From the NCBI GenBank assembly GCA_000008885.1, contig BA000021.3, forward strand, positions 180,001 to 212,000: 32,000 nucleotides of DNA, read 5' to 3'. The notes beneath the pieces were generated by a model. That model had not been told where the DNA came from and did not search any database. It saw only the letters and a list, made by a program, of their open reading frames with translations. The position numbers were made by a program, and so were the translations under genes. Source of the DNA: Wigglesworthia glossinidia endosymbiont of Glossina brevipalpis. Its GTDB lineage: Bacteria; Pseudomonadota; Gammaproteobacteria; Enterobacterales; Enterobacteriaceae. Shown here piece by piece: positions 18,753 to 28,728 of the stretch. How positions within the stretch are numbered: the first letter of the stretch is position 1; every line of letters starts with the position of its first letter.

Positions 18753-21347
18753 ATGAAAAAAGAATACTCTTGCAAAGAAATAGAAAGATTTGTACAAAAA
18801 CATTGGGAAATTAACGACACTTTTAAAGTTTTAGAGGATTCCAAAAAAGATAAATATTATTGTGTTTCAATGATGCCATATCCATCTGGAAAATTACATA
18901 TGGGTCATGTCAGAAATTATGTATTGGGAGATGTAATAGCAAGGTATCAAAGAATGTTGGGAAAAAACGTTTTACATCCAATTGGTTGGGATGCTTTTGG
19001 CTTACCAGCTGAAACAGCAGCAATAAATAATAAAATATCTCCAGAAAAATGGACTATTTCAAGCATTGAATATATGAAAAATCAATTGAAATTATTAGGA
19101 TGCAGTTATGATTGGAGTAGAGAAATAATAACATGTGATCCTAAATATTATAAATGGGAGCAATTGTTGTTTACTAAATTATACAATAAAAACAAAGCAT
19201 ATAAAAAAAAATCAATAGTTAATTGGTGTCCTAAAGATAAAACAGTTCTTGCAAACGAACAAGTAATCGATAATTTATGTTGGCGCTGCAGTTCTAATAT
19301 AGAAATGAAAAAAATTTTTCAATGGTTTATCAAAATAACTGATTATGCAGATGAATTGCTAAATGATTTAAATGATTTGAAACTTTGGCCTAAAAAAGTA
19401 AAAGTTATGCAAAGAAATTGGATAGGAAAGTCTAAAGGAATAGACGTTTTATTTCATATAAAAGATACAAATGAAAAAATTTTAATATATGTTAGTAAAT
19501 TAGAAATATTTATGGGTATTACATTCATAGTAATATCTAAAGAACATAAATTAATAAAATTTATAGAAAATAAACTTCCAAGTATTGCAAAATTAATTAA
19601 AAATTATAATAATGAAAAAACTTTGGAACTAAATTTAAGAAAAAAAACAAAAGATGGGATTTTTACATCTTTATTTGCAATACATCCAATATCAAAAAAA
19701 ATTCTTCCTATATGGATTTCCAACTTTTTTTTCACTAATAATGATATTTATCAATCTATAGCAGCAATACCTGCTTACAACAAGAATGAACTAGACTTTG
19801 CTAAAAAATATAATTTACCTATAAGGTATGTTATAAAAGATTACTTTGAAAAAATAATAGATTTTAAAAAATATAATAATTTAAAAGAAGGTATATTATT
19901 TAACTCTAATATATTTAATGGATTAAATTTAAAAAATGGCTATGATAGAATATCAAAATTTTTAATTAGTAATAAAATTGGAAAACGATCAACTCATTAT
20001 AAATTAAGAGATTGGTGTATTTCTAGGCAAAGATATTGGGGAGCTCCAATTCCTGTTTTAATAACAAAAGAAAACAAAATATTAGTTGTTTCAGAAAATG
20101 AATTGCCTGTTATTCTTCCTAAAGCAAAAAACAATAATATAATACATTCTTTAAATTCTTATAAAGATTGGATTTATGTATTAAATGATAACAAATTAGT
20201 AAAGAGAGAAGTTGATACTTTTGATACATTTATGGAATCTTCTTGGTATCTTCATAGATATACTTGTACAAAATATACAAAAGATATTTTGGATCCTAAT
20301 GCAACAAACTATTGGTTTCCAGTAGATCAATATATTGGAGGAATTGAACATGCTACAATGCATCTTTTGTATTTAAGATTCTACCATAAAATATTGAGAG
20401 ATATGAATTTTGTTAAATGCGATGAACCAGTAAATAGATTGTTATGTCAAGGAATGGTTTTATCTGATACTTTTTATTATTTTTCTAAATCTGGAAATAA
20501 AATATGGACTTCTCCAAAAAATAAAAATTTTGAAAGAAATAAAGATAATAAAATTATTAATGCAATAGATTCATTAGGAAATAAATTAACTCATATTGGA
20601 ATGAGTAAGATGTCTAAATCAAAGAATAATGGGGTAGATCCTCAAGGCATTATTAATAAATATGGATCAGATACTCTTCGTTTATTTATAATGTTTGCAG
20701 CTCCTCCAGAATTATCTTTGGAATGGAGCGATAAAGGAATAATTGGAGCAAATCGTTTTATTAAAAAATTATGGAAAATAACATATAATTATTTAAATTT
20801 AAAAAAAAATAATAATTATGTTTTTTATAAAAAACTAAAAGAACAAGATAATATTTTATTAGAAAAATCTTTTTATGTAATAAATAAAGTAACAAAAGAT
20901 ATAGATAAAAATCAAACTTTTAATACTGCTATCGCAGAAATTATGAAACTTACTAATCATCTGAATTCTTATATTAACAAGAACGAATACAATAATATAT
21001 CAATTATAAAAAAAGTATTAATGATTATTATACGTTTATTATATCCTTTTATACCTCATGTTTGTTTTGTTTTATGGAATGAAATTAATAAAAATAATGA
21101 TATAGATAAAACAAAATGGCCGAAAATAAAAATGCCATTTATAAAAAATAAGAAAAAAAATATAGTTGTCCAAATAAATGGAAAACTAAAGACAGTTATA
21201 TCATTTGATATAAGTTGTAATGAATTTTTAATTAAAAAATGTGTTATAGAAAATAACAAAATAAAAAATCTGTTAAATAAAAAAAAAATAAAAAACATTA
21301 TATATGTTAAAAATAAAATAATTAATATAGTATTAGATGATAAATAA
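18753..21347 (+). CDS. leuS: Leucine--tRNA ligase
   Basis: 864 aa. HIGH-type motif (PYPSGKLHMGHVRNY) and KMSKS present (MSKMSKSKNNG). AGGA upstream. First gene of the leuS-lptE-holA-nadD block. Confidence 0.97.
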   Translation: MKKEYSCKEIERFVQKHWEINDTFKVLEDSKKDKYYCVSMMPYPSGKLHMGHVRNYVLGDVIARYQRMLGKNVLHPIGWDAFGLPAETAAINNKISPEKWTISSIEYMKNQLKLLGCSYDWSREIITCDPKYYKWEQLLFTKLYNKNKAYKKKSIVNWCPKDKTVLANEQVIDNLCWRCSSNIEMKKIFQWFIKITDYADELLNDLNDLKLWPKKVKVMQRNWIGKSKGIDVLFHIKDTNEKILIYVSKLEIFMGITFIVISKEHKLIKFIENKLPSIAKLIKNYNNEKTLELNLRKKTKDGIFTSLFAIHPISKKILPIWISNFFFTNNDIYQSIAAIPAYNKNELDFAKKYNLPIRYVIKDYFEKIIDFKKYNNLKEGILFNSNIFNGLNLKNGYDRISKFLISNKIGKRSTHYKLRDWCISRQRYWGAPIPVLITKENKILVVSENELPVILPKAKNNNIIHSLNSYKDWIYVLNDNKLVKREVDTFDTFMESSWYLHRYTCTKYTKDILDPNATNYWFPVDQYIGGIEHATMHLLYLRFYHKILRDMNFVKCDEPVNRLLCQGMVLSDTFYYFSKSGNKIWTSPKNKNFERNKDNKIINAIDSLGNKLTHIGMSKMSKSKNNGVDPQGIINKYGSDTLRLFIMFAAPPELSLEWSDKGIIGANRFIKKLWKITYNYLNLKKNNNYVFYKKLKEQDNILLEKSFYVINKVTKDIDKNQTFNTAIAEIMKLTNHLNSYINKNEYNNISIIKKVLMIIIRLLYPFIPHVCFVLWNEINKNNDIDKTKWPKIKMPFIKNKKKNIVVQINGKLKTVISFDISCNEFLIKKCVIENNKIKNLLNKKKIKNIIYVKNKIINIVLDDK

Positions 21348-21858
21348 TTTGATAAAAAAAATAAAATTATTTTTTTTTTGCCTTCTTCCTATAGGATGTT
21401 CTTCTTTAAAAGAACAAAATTATTTTAATGATAAAATAAGTATTATTTATTTAAATAATAACAATTTAAATGATTTAGAAACAAAAATAATAAATAGTAA
21501 ATTCTTATTTTATGGAATTAATATTTTAAATCTAACAAATGACAAACAAAATCCAATTATAAGAATTATTGATAAATCAGAACATGTAAAAAAAATAGGA
21601 TCTTTTGATGAAAAAAATATATTTAATATTGATTACGAAATAACAATGTCAATAAGTGCAGAATTTATTTTAAATAAAAATAAAAAATTTTTAATTTCAT
21701 CTACGATAAATCGTAATTACAGCGATAATAACTTTTCTTCATTTCATAGATATGAAGAAAAAAATATTTTTTTTTCAGAATTATACTCTGAAGCTATAAC
21801 AAATTTGGCGAGAAAATGCATATTTTTAATATATAAAAATAATTTTAAATTAACATAA
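21337..21858 (+). CDS. lptE: LPS-assembly lipoprotein LptE (RlpB), diverged
   Basis: 173 aa. Signal peptide ends in a lipobox-like LLPIGC. The C-terminal two thirds are loosely collinear with E. coli LptE. Position between leuS and holA is conserved. Overlaps the leuS 3' end by 11 nt. Confidence 0.72.
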   Translation: MINNLIKKIKLFFFCLLPIGCSSLKEQNYFNDKISIIYLNNNNLNDLETKIINSKFLFYGINILNLTNDKQNPIIRIIDKSEHVKKIGSFDEKNIFNIDYEITMSISAEFILNKNKKFLISSTINRNYSDNNFSSFHRYEEKNIFFSELYSEAITNLARKCIFLIYKNNFKLT

Positions 21859-21871
21859 TAAATGATTAGAA

Positions 21872-22915
21872 ATGTTTTATATGGAAAATTTATCAAAAAA
21901 TAAAAATAAAAAAAAACTTCTTATAAAAAGAAATAAGCATTATATTTTATTTGGAAAAGAAAATTTTTTATTACAAATGAAAACTAAGTCAATATTAAAA
22001 AAAATAAAAAAAAATTTTACTTTAATTTATAAATTTGATATAGATTTAACGACAGATTGGAATTTTTTGATAAAAAAAGTAGAAAACTTAGATTTATTTT
22101 ATAAAGAGTTAATTATTATATTGATCTTGCCAAAAATCATAACCGAAAAAATAAATAAAAACATTTATACTATTGTTTCTTTTGCAAAAGAAAATATAAC
22201 ATTAATAATTAATATCTTTGATATTAATGATATAAACAAAGAAAAATTTTGGTTTTTTAAAATAAAAAGAAATATAACAGTAATAAATTGTAACATTAAA
22301 AACGAAAAACAATTTTTATTTTTTATAAAAGAAATTTTAATATATTTTAAAATAAATGTTGATTCTGATTCAAAAAAATTTTTAATTAAAAATTTTAGAA
22401 AAAATATAAGTTTTACAATAAAATTTTTAAAAAAATTAAGTGTTTTATATGATAAAAAAGAGATAAAAATAAATAATATTAAAAATTTATTAGATAATTA
22501 TATAATACAAACTCCAAAAAAACTAATTAACGAAATTTTTTTAAAAAATCATAAACAATCAATATTTATTTTGAAAAAAATGAAAGTTCAAAATTTATTT
22601 GATCCTATTATAATTTTAAGAAATATACAAAATAATATAATATATTTAATACATATCAAATATAAAAATAAAATTAATAACTTTTATTTAAATTTTTTTC
22701 TATATATAAACAAAAATTATGAAAAAAATAAACATTTAATTATAAATTTTTCTAAAAACACCAGTATATATCAATTGCATGAATCAATAAATTTGATTTT
22801 GTTTTTAGAAATACAAATTAAAAAAAATTGTAAAAGTAAAATTGTTTGGCATGTTTTTGAAAAAATTATTTTAATATTATGTGGATTCAAAACTCCTAAA
22901 ATAAAAAAAAAATAA
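21872..22915 (+). CDS. holA: DNA polymerase III delta subunit, highly diverged
   Basis: 347 aa against 343 in E. coli. Short anchors remain (YILFGKENFLLQ vs YLLLGNDPLLLQ; TDWNFL vs TDWNAI). Conserved position between lptE and nadD. Its stop overlaps the nadD ATG (TAATG). Confidence 0.75.
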   Translation: MFYMENLSKNKNKKKLLIKRNKHYILFGKENFLLQMKTKSILKKIKKNFTLIYKFDIDLTTDWNFLIKKVENLDLFYKELIIILILPKIITEKINKNIYTIVSFAKENITLIINIFDINDINKEKFWFFKIKRNITVINCNIKNEKQFLFFIKEILIYFKINVDSDSKKFLIKNFRKNISFTIKFLKKLSVLYDKKEIKINNIKNLLDNYIIQTPKKLINEIFLKNHKQSIFILKKMKVQNLFDPIIILRNIQNNIIYLIHIKYKNKINNFYLNFFLYINKNYEKNKHLIINFSKNTSIYQLHESINLILFLEIQIKKNCKSKIVWHVFEKIILILCGFKTPKIKKK

Positions 22916-23550
22916 TGAAAAAATCTATTCTTACTGCTTTTTACGGAGGAACATTTGATCCAATACATAACGGTCATATAAAATCTGCGATAGCTTTAGC
23001 AAAGTTAATACATTTAAATCGTATTATTTTAATACCAAACGGTTCTCCCGTGCATAAACCAATACCTGTTGCATCTGCAGAAGATAGGATAAATATGATT
23101 AATCTTGCTATTTCTGAAATATCAGAAGATATATTTGAAATTGATTATAGAGAAATTAATAATAAAATACCTTCTTATACTATAAATACTTTCGAAAATT
23201 TGAGAAAAGAATATGGACCAAAAGCACCTCTGGGTTTTATTTTAGGACAAGACTCATTTATGAAATTACATACATGGTATAGAGGATATGATATATTAAA
23301 ATTTTGTCATCTTTTAATATGTGCAAGATCTAATAATATGATTAATCTAAAAAAAATAAAGTTTAAATTTATAGATCCAAAAATATTGCATTATATTCCT
23401 TTTGGTTTAATTTATTATGCTTTCACTCCAATAATAAAAATTTCTTCTAGAAATATTAGATTAAGATATAAATTTGGAATTTCTTGTAATGGATTAATAT
23501 CTTCATCTGTTCAAAAATATATAAATAAAAAAAATATATATAAAAGATAA
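22915..23550 (+). CDS. nadD: Nicotinate-nucleotide adenylyltransferase
   Basis: 211 aa. Contains GGTFDPIHNGH (the (H/T)xGH nucleotidyltransferase motif) and the C-terminal ISSRNIR motif. Confidence 0.93.
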   Translation: MKKSILTAFYGGTFDPIHNGHIKSAIALAKLIHLNRIILIPNGSPVHKPIPVASAEDRINMINLAISEISEDIFEIDYREINNKIPSYTINTFENLRKEYGPKAPLGFILGQDSFMKLHTWYRGYDILKFCHLLICARSNNMINLKKIKFKFIDPKILHYIPFGLIYYAFTPIIKISSRNIRLRYKFGISCNGLISSSVQKYINKKNIYKR

Positions 23551-23740
23551 ATAGGAATTTTTATAATGTTATTATTAAGAATTTTTATAAAAATTAAAAA
23601 AATTATATTATAAAATAATTAAATAAATAATTTAAATTTTATTAATTTTAAAAAAAACAAAATTTTTATAAAAAATTAAAAATAATCTTTCAAAATTTAT
23701 ATATTTAATTTTTTATTAAAAAATTTGATACAAAAATATT

Positions 23741-25596
23741 ATGAAAAAAATAAATAAATATTTTAATAAACGTGAAACAGAATCAAAAATATTTTTGCAA
23801 AGAATAATGATATCTTTTTTTTTATTATATTTTTAACTGTGATATTAATTTCTAATCTATATTATCTTCAAATATTTTGTTTTTCTATGTATCAAACCAA
23901 ATCTAATGATAATCGAATAAAAATAATTTCTATTCCTCCATCAAGAGGCACTATTTCAGATAGAAACGGAAATTTATTAGCATTGAATCGTACTATTTAT
24001 CAATTAGAAATTAATTTAAAACAAGTTGAAAATATCGAAAAAACTATAAAAGAACTAAAATCAGTAGTTGACTTAAATCAATCAGATATTTTTTATTTTG
24101 AAAAAGAAAGAAAAAAATATAATTATTTAAATAAATTTTTAATAAAATCAAATCTTACAGATATTCAACATGCTAGGTTTTCTATAAATCAATATAGATT
24201 TCCTGGAGTGCATGTCAAAAATTATCAAACAAGGTATTATCCTTATGGAGAGGATATAGCACATGTAATTGGATATGTATCTCAAATAAGCAATAAAGAC
24301 ATGATATGCTTAAGTTACAACAAAGATCTTTTAAATTATTATAAAACAAAATCGGTAGGAAAAATAGGAATAGAAAAATTTTATGAAAAAAAATTACATG
24401 GACAACCTGGATTTAAAGAAGTAGAGGTAAACAGCAAAGGTAAAATAATAAGACAACTTAGATTTTTTCCTCCTCAACCAGGAAAAAATATAATATTAAC
24501 ATTAGATTTAAATATACAAAAATATATTAAAAATTTAATATCTTCAATTCGCGCAGCAGTAGTAGTTATAGATCCAAGAGACGGAGGAATATTAGCTTTG
24601 GTATCTAATCCAAGTTACGATCCTAATATATTTGTAAATGGAATTTCTAACAAAAAATATTTAGAATTATTAACAAATTTAGATCGTCCATTTATAAATA
24701 GAACAACACAAGGGACTTATCCTCCTGCTTCTACAATAAAGCCATATATTTTAATTTCTGCATTACATTCAGGAATAATTAATACAAACTTTTTTTTGTT
24801 TGATCCAGGTTGGTGGAAATTACCTGGATCAGAAAAAAAATATAGAGATTGGAAAAAATGGGGCCATGGTTATTTAAATATAACAAAAGCTATAGAAGAA
24901 TCTTCTGATACTTTTTTTTATCAAATTGCATATAATATGGGAATAGATAGGTTGTCAGAATGGATGAAAAAATTTGGATATGGAACATATACTGGTATTG
25001 ATATTTCAGAAGAAAGCATAGGTGTGATGCCGAATAGAGATTGGAAATTAAAATACATAAAAGATCCTTGGTATCAAGGAGATACAATTTCTGTAGGAAT
25101 AGGACAAGGATATTGGACAGCAACTCCTATTCAAATATCAAAATCATTAATGACACTAATAAATAATGGATTAGTAAAAAATCCTCATTTATTATACGGA
25201 ATTTTAGAAAAAGATAATAAATTTATTCCATACTTTCAATCTAAATATTTACAAATAGGAGACCCGAGATCTAATTTTTGGGAAATAGTAAAAAATGGAA
25301 TGTATGGAGTGGCAAATCATTCTAATGGAACAGCATATAAAAATTTTTATGATGCAAAATATAAAATAGCTGCTAAATCTGGAACAGCTCAATTATTTAG
25401 TTTACAGCCAAACGAAATATACGATCCTAAAAAATTGTCTACTCAATTTAAAGATCATAAACTGATGACTGCATTTGCTCCGTTTAATAACCCTACCGTA
25501 TGTATTGTAGTTATTTTAGAAAACGGCGGAGACTATCTTTCTGCTGGAGAAATTTCAAGAAAAATATTAGATTATATTTTATTAAAAAAATCATAA
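23741..25596 (+). CDS. mrdA: Peptidoglycan D,D-transpeptidase PBP2; the N-terminal cytoplasmic tail and first half of the membrane anchor are out of frame with the body (T9 tract)
   Basis: The track ORF (GTG 23839..25596) is collinear with E. coli PBP2 from inside the membrane anchor onward (NLY.LQI, NRIK..PI.PSRG.I.DRNG, STIKP, EESSDTFFYQ, KSGTAQ). ATG 23741 encodes MKKINKYFNKRETESKIFLQRIMISFFLLYF*, which is collinear with E. coli MKLQNSFRDYTAESALFVRRALVAFLGILLL. The frames differ by one nt. Confidence 0.88.
23815..23823 (+). repeat. T9 homopolymer at the mrdA frame break
   Basis: Counted directly (ATA TCT + T-run). With T10 the reading is ...RIMISFFFIIFLTVILISNLYYLQI, which gives one continuous TM helix. 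A nearby T5 run (23830-23834) is an alternative shift site. Confidence 0.8.
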
Positions 25597-25611
25597 TTTA
25601 TATATTAAGGC

Positions 25612-26718
25612 GTGTACATGTACATTAATTTTTACAAAAAATTTTTTCACAGAAAAATTCAAATTGACTTTATGTTTATAACAGTAATATTGTTACTTCT
25701 AATTTATAGCATTTTTATAATTTGGAGTGCTAGCGGAAAAAATTTAGAAATAATTCAAAGAAAAATTATACAAATATGGATAGGAATGTTAATTATGATA
25801 TTTCTTAGTTACATTACTCCGAAAGAATACGAAAAATTAGCTCCATATTTATATTTTTTATGTATCACATTACTTATATCTGTACATTTTTTTGGAAAAG
25901 TTATTAAAGGAGCAAAAAGATGGTTAGATTTTGGAATAATACAATTTCAACCAGCAGAAATAGCAAAAATAGCTGTTCCATTGATGATATCAAGAATAGT
26001 AAATCGTTCAGATATTTTTATTTCTTTTAGATGTATTTTATTATCTTTTATTCTAATATTGATACCAACTTTTTTAGTAGCAAAACAACCAGATCTTGGA
26101 ACTTCAATTTTGATTTTTTTTTCTGGAATATTTGTATTATTCTTATCAGGAATAAGCATAAAAATAATTTTTTATGGATTTTCTATTTTATTATTTAGCA
26201 TACCAATATTATGGAATTTTTTAATGCATGATTATCAACGTAATAGAATAAAGGCTTTATTAAATCCTGAACTAGATCCGCTTGGTATAGGATATCATAT
26301 TTTGCAATCAAAAATTGCAATTGGATCAGGTGGTTTATATGGTAAAGGATGGCTTTCTGGCACTCAATCTCAGCTAGAATTTTTACCAGAAAGACATACA
26401 GATTTTATTTTTTCTGTATTAGGAGAAGAATTTGGATTTTTAGGAAGTATAATATTACTTCTTTTATATTTATTATTAATAATAAGAGGATTAATAATTT
26501 CAATGCAAGCAAATAACATTTTTTGCAAAGTTATTTCTGGAAGTTTAATTTTAACTTTATTTCTTTATATTTTTGTAAATATTGGAATGGTTTGTGGAAT
26601 ACTTCCAATTGTAGGAGTTCCATTGCCATTAATAAGTTATGGAGGATCTGCATTAATAGCATTAATGTCAGGTTTTGGTATAATAATTTCAATTAATAAT
26701 CATAAAAATGTTAAATAA
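25612..26718 (+). CDS. mrdB: Peptidoglycan glycosyltransferase RodA (SEDS family)
   Basis: 368 aa. RWLDFGIIQFQPAEIAKIAVPLM, QPDLGT, PE.HTDFIFSV.GEE.GF.G and GVPLPL.SYGGS match E. coli RodA. The track start is GTG 25612. ATG 25618, with AAGG 7 nt upstream, is the more likely start. Confidence 0.93.
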   Translation: MYMYINFYKKFFHRKIQIDFMFITVILLLLIYSIFIIWSASGKNLEIIQRKIIQIWIGMLIMIFLSYITPKEYEKLAPYLYFLCITLLISVHFFGKVIKGAKRWLDFGIIQFQPAEIAKIAVPLMISRIVNRSDIFISFRCILLSFILILIPTFLVAKQPDLGTSILIFFSGIFVLFLSGISIKIIFYGFSILLFSIPILWNFLMHDYQRNRIKALLNPELDPLGIGYHILQSKIAIGSGGLYGKGWLSGTQSQLEFLPERHTDFIFSVLGEEFGFLGSIILLLLYLLLIIRGLIISMQANNIFCKVISGSLILTLFLYIFVNIGMVCGILPIVGVPLPLISYGGSALIALMSGFGIIISINNHKNVK

Positions 26719-26757
26719 AACAATATAATAACAACTTTATTTTATTCGAATAATAGT

Positions 26758-27990
26758 ATGAATCCATTTGTTAATAAAAATATATTTTATATAAAAATTT
26801 TTTATAAAAAATTTTTAGAAATATTTAAATTTATTACAATAATTTATTTATTTATAGGAAAAACTTATTCTGAACAATATAATGTAGAAATAAAACCTCC
26901 AAAAATAAATGCAGAATCTTATATTCTTATTGATTATTACTCTGGTCAAGTATTAGCCGAAATGAATGCAGACTCTAAAAGATTACCAGCAAGTTTAACT
27001 AAAATGATGACCAGCTATATAATAGGTATGTATATTAAATCTGGTCATATTAAATCAAGTGATTTAGTAAAAATAAGCAAAGAGTCTTGGATGTTAGGAA
27101 ATCCTTCTTTAAAAGGATCATCTTCGATGTTTTTAAAACCAGGAGATCTTGTTTCTATATCAGATTTAAGCAGAGGAATAATTCTTCAGTCTGGAAATGA
27201 TGCTTGTGTAGCAATTGCAAACTACATATCTGGAAATCAGGAATCATTTGTAGAACTTATGAATAATTATGCTAAAAAATTAAAACTAAAAAACACACAT
27301 TTTAAAAATGTGCATGGATTAGATAACGCAGGTCAATTTACTTCAGCTAGAGATATGTCTATTATTGGAACTTATCTTATTAAAGATGTGCACGAAGAAT
27401 ATATAAAATATAAAGAAAAAGAATTTACATACAACAATATACGACAATTAAATAGAAATAATTTACTTTGGGATAAAACATTAAATGTTGATGGTATTAA
27501 AACTGGGCATACAAAATTGGCTGGATATAATCTTGTTGCGTCTGCAATAAATGAAAATATGAGATTAATATCAGTAATACTTGGAGGAAGATCTATAAAT
27601 GAAAGAGATAATGGAAGTAAATCTCTTTTGAATTGGGGTTTAAGATCATTCAATACAATTTTATTTTTAAGATCTAATGAAAAATTCGTTAAAAAATATA
27701 TTTTTTTTGGAAAAACTAATTATGCTTATTTAGGAGTTAAAAATGATATATATATCACAGTTCCAAGAGGAAAAGAAAAAGAAATAAAAATAGAATATAT
27801 TTTTTTCGATTCAACTTTAAAAGCTCCTTTAAAAAAATATCAGCAAGTAGGAAAAATATTTTTTAAATTAAATAACTCAATTATACAGCAACATCCTCTT
27901 TTAGTTTTAGAAAATGTTGATTCTGGAAATATTTTTAATAAAATATTAGATTATATGAAATTAGCAATAAATCATTTTGTAAATAATTAA
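26758..27990 (+). CDS. dacA: D-alanyl-D-alanine carboxypeptidase (PBP5/6 class)
   Basis: 410 aa. N-terminal signal-like segment, active-site motifs SLTK (SxxK), SGN and KTG, and a C-terminal amphipathic anchor (GNIFNKILDYMKLAINHF) like that of PBP5. Confidence 0.93.
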   Translation: MNPFVNKNIFYIKIFYKKFLEIFKFITIIYLFIGKTYSEQYNVEIKPPKINAESYILIDYYSGQVLAEMNADSKRLPASLTKMMTSYIIGMYIKSGHIKSSDLVKISKESWMLGNPSLKGSSSMFLKPGDLVSISDLSRGIILQSGNDACVAIANYISGNQESFVELMNNYAKKLKLKNTHFKNVHGLDNAGQFTSARDMSIIGTYLIKDVHEEYIKYKEKEFTYNNIRQLNRNNLLWDKTLNVDGIKTGHTKLAGYNLVASAINENMRLISVILGGRSINERDNGSKSLLNWGLRSFNTILFLRSNEKFVKKYIFFGKTNYAYLGVKNDIYITVPRGKEKEIKIEYIFFDSTLKAPLKKYQQVGKIFFKLNNSIIQQHPLLVLENVDSGNIFNKILDYMKLAINHFVNN

Positions 27991-28051
27991 AATTTATTTA
28001 TTTTATATTTTTAAAGCAAATTATTTATTATTAAATAAAATAAAAATTTTC

Positions 28052-28702
28052 ATGAATAAAGTTAATTTTAGAATATTAGGATTACAAAAATATCAAGATA
28101 TATATTATATAATGCAAAAATTTATTACTTGCTTAAAAAAAAACAATATAAATGAAATATGGTTGTTAGAACATTATCCAGTATTTACTCAAGGTAATTC
28201 TGATAACTTTAATAAAAAATATATATTTAACATTCCTGTCGTTAAAACTGATAGAGGAGGCCATATGACATTTCATGGGCCTGGCCAAAAAATTATATAT
28301 TTTTTATTAAATATTAAAAATTTAAATATCAAAATAAGTAAATTAATTTTTTATTTAGAAAATATTATTATTTCTACTTTATCTTATTTTAAAATAAATT
28401 CTTATTCTATAAAAAATTCTCCAGGAGTGTATGTTGACAAAAAAAAAATTTGTTCAATAGGATTGAGAATAAAAGATGGTTATTCTTTGCATGGTTTAGC
28501 ATTAAATGTTGATATGGATTTATATCCTTTTTCGCATATACATCCTTGTGGAGATAAAAATATAAAAATGACTCAAATAAGAGATTTAATATCAAATATT
28601 AATTTAGAAAAATTAAATACACAAATAATAAATAATTGTAAAAAATTTTTAATGATGAATAATTTTGAAATAAATTTTTTAAACTCAATTAAAATATTTT
28701 AA
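28052..28702 (+). CDS. lipB: Octanoyltransferase
   Basis: 216 aa. IWLLEHYPVFTQG, DRGG..T.HGPGQ, KKICSIGLRI..G.S.HGLALNV.MDL and HPCG are collinear with E. coli LipB. Confidence 0.93.
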   Translation: MNKVNFRILGLQKYQDIYYIMQKFITCLKKNNINEIWLLEHYPVFTQGNSDNFNKKYIFNIPVVKTDRGGHMTFHGPGQKIIYFLLNIKNLNIKISKLIFYLENIIISTLSYFKINSYSIKNSPGVYVDKKKICSIGLRIKDGYSLHGLALNVDMDLYPFSHIHPCGDKNIKMTQIRDLISNINLEKLNTQIINNCKKFLMMNNFEINFLNSIKIF

Positions 28703-28728
28703 AAAATCTTATACAAGAGATATAAATA

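Noticed and set aside
23839-23841. GTG 23839 as the native mrdA start
   Set aside because: It falls in the middle of the membrane-anchor helix. The missing N-terminal 30-odd residues are clearly encoded just upstream in another frame.
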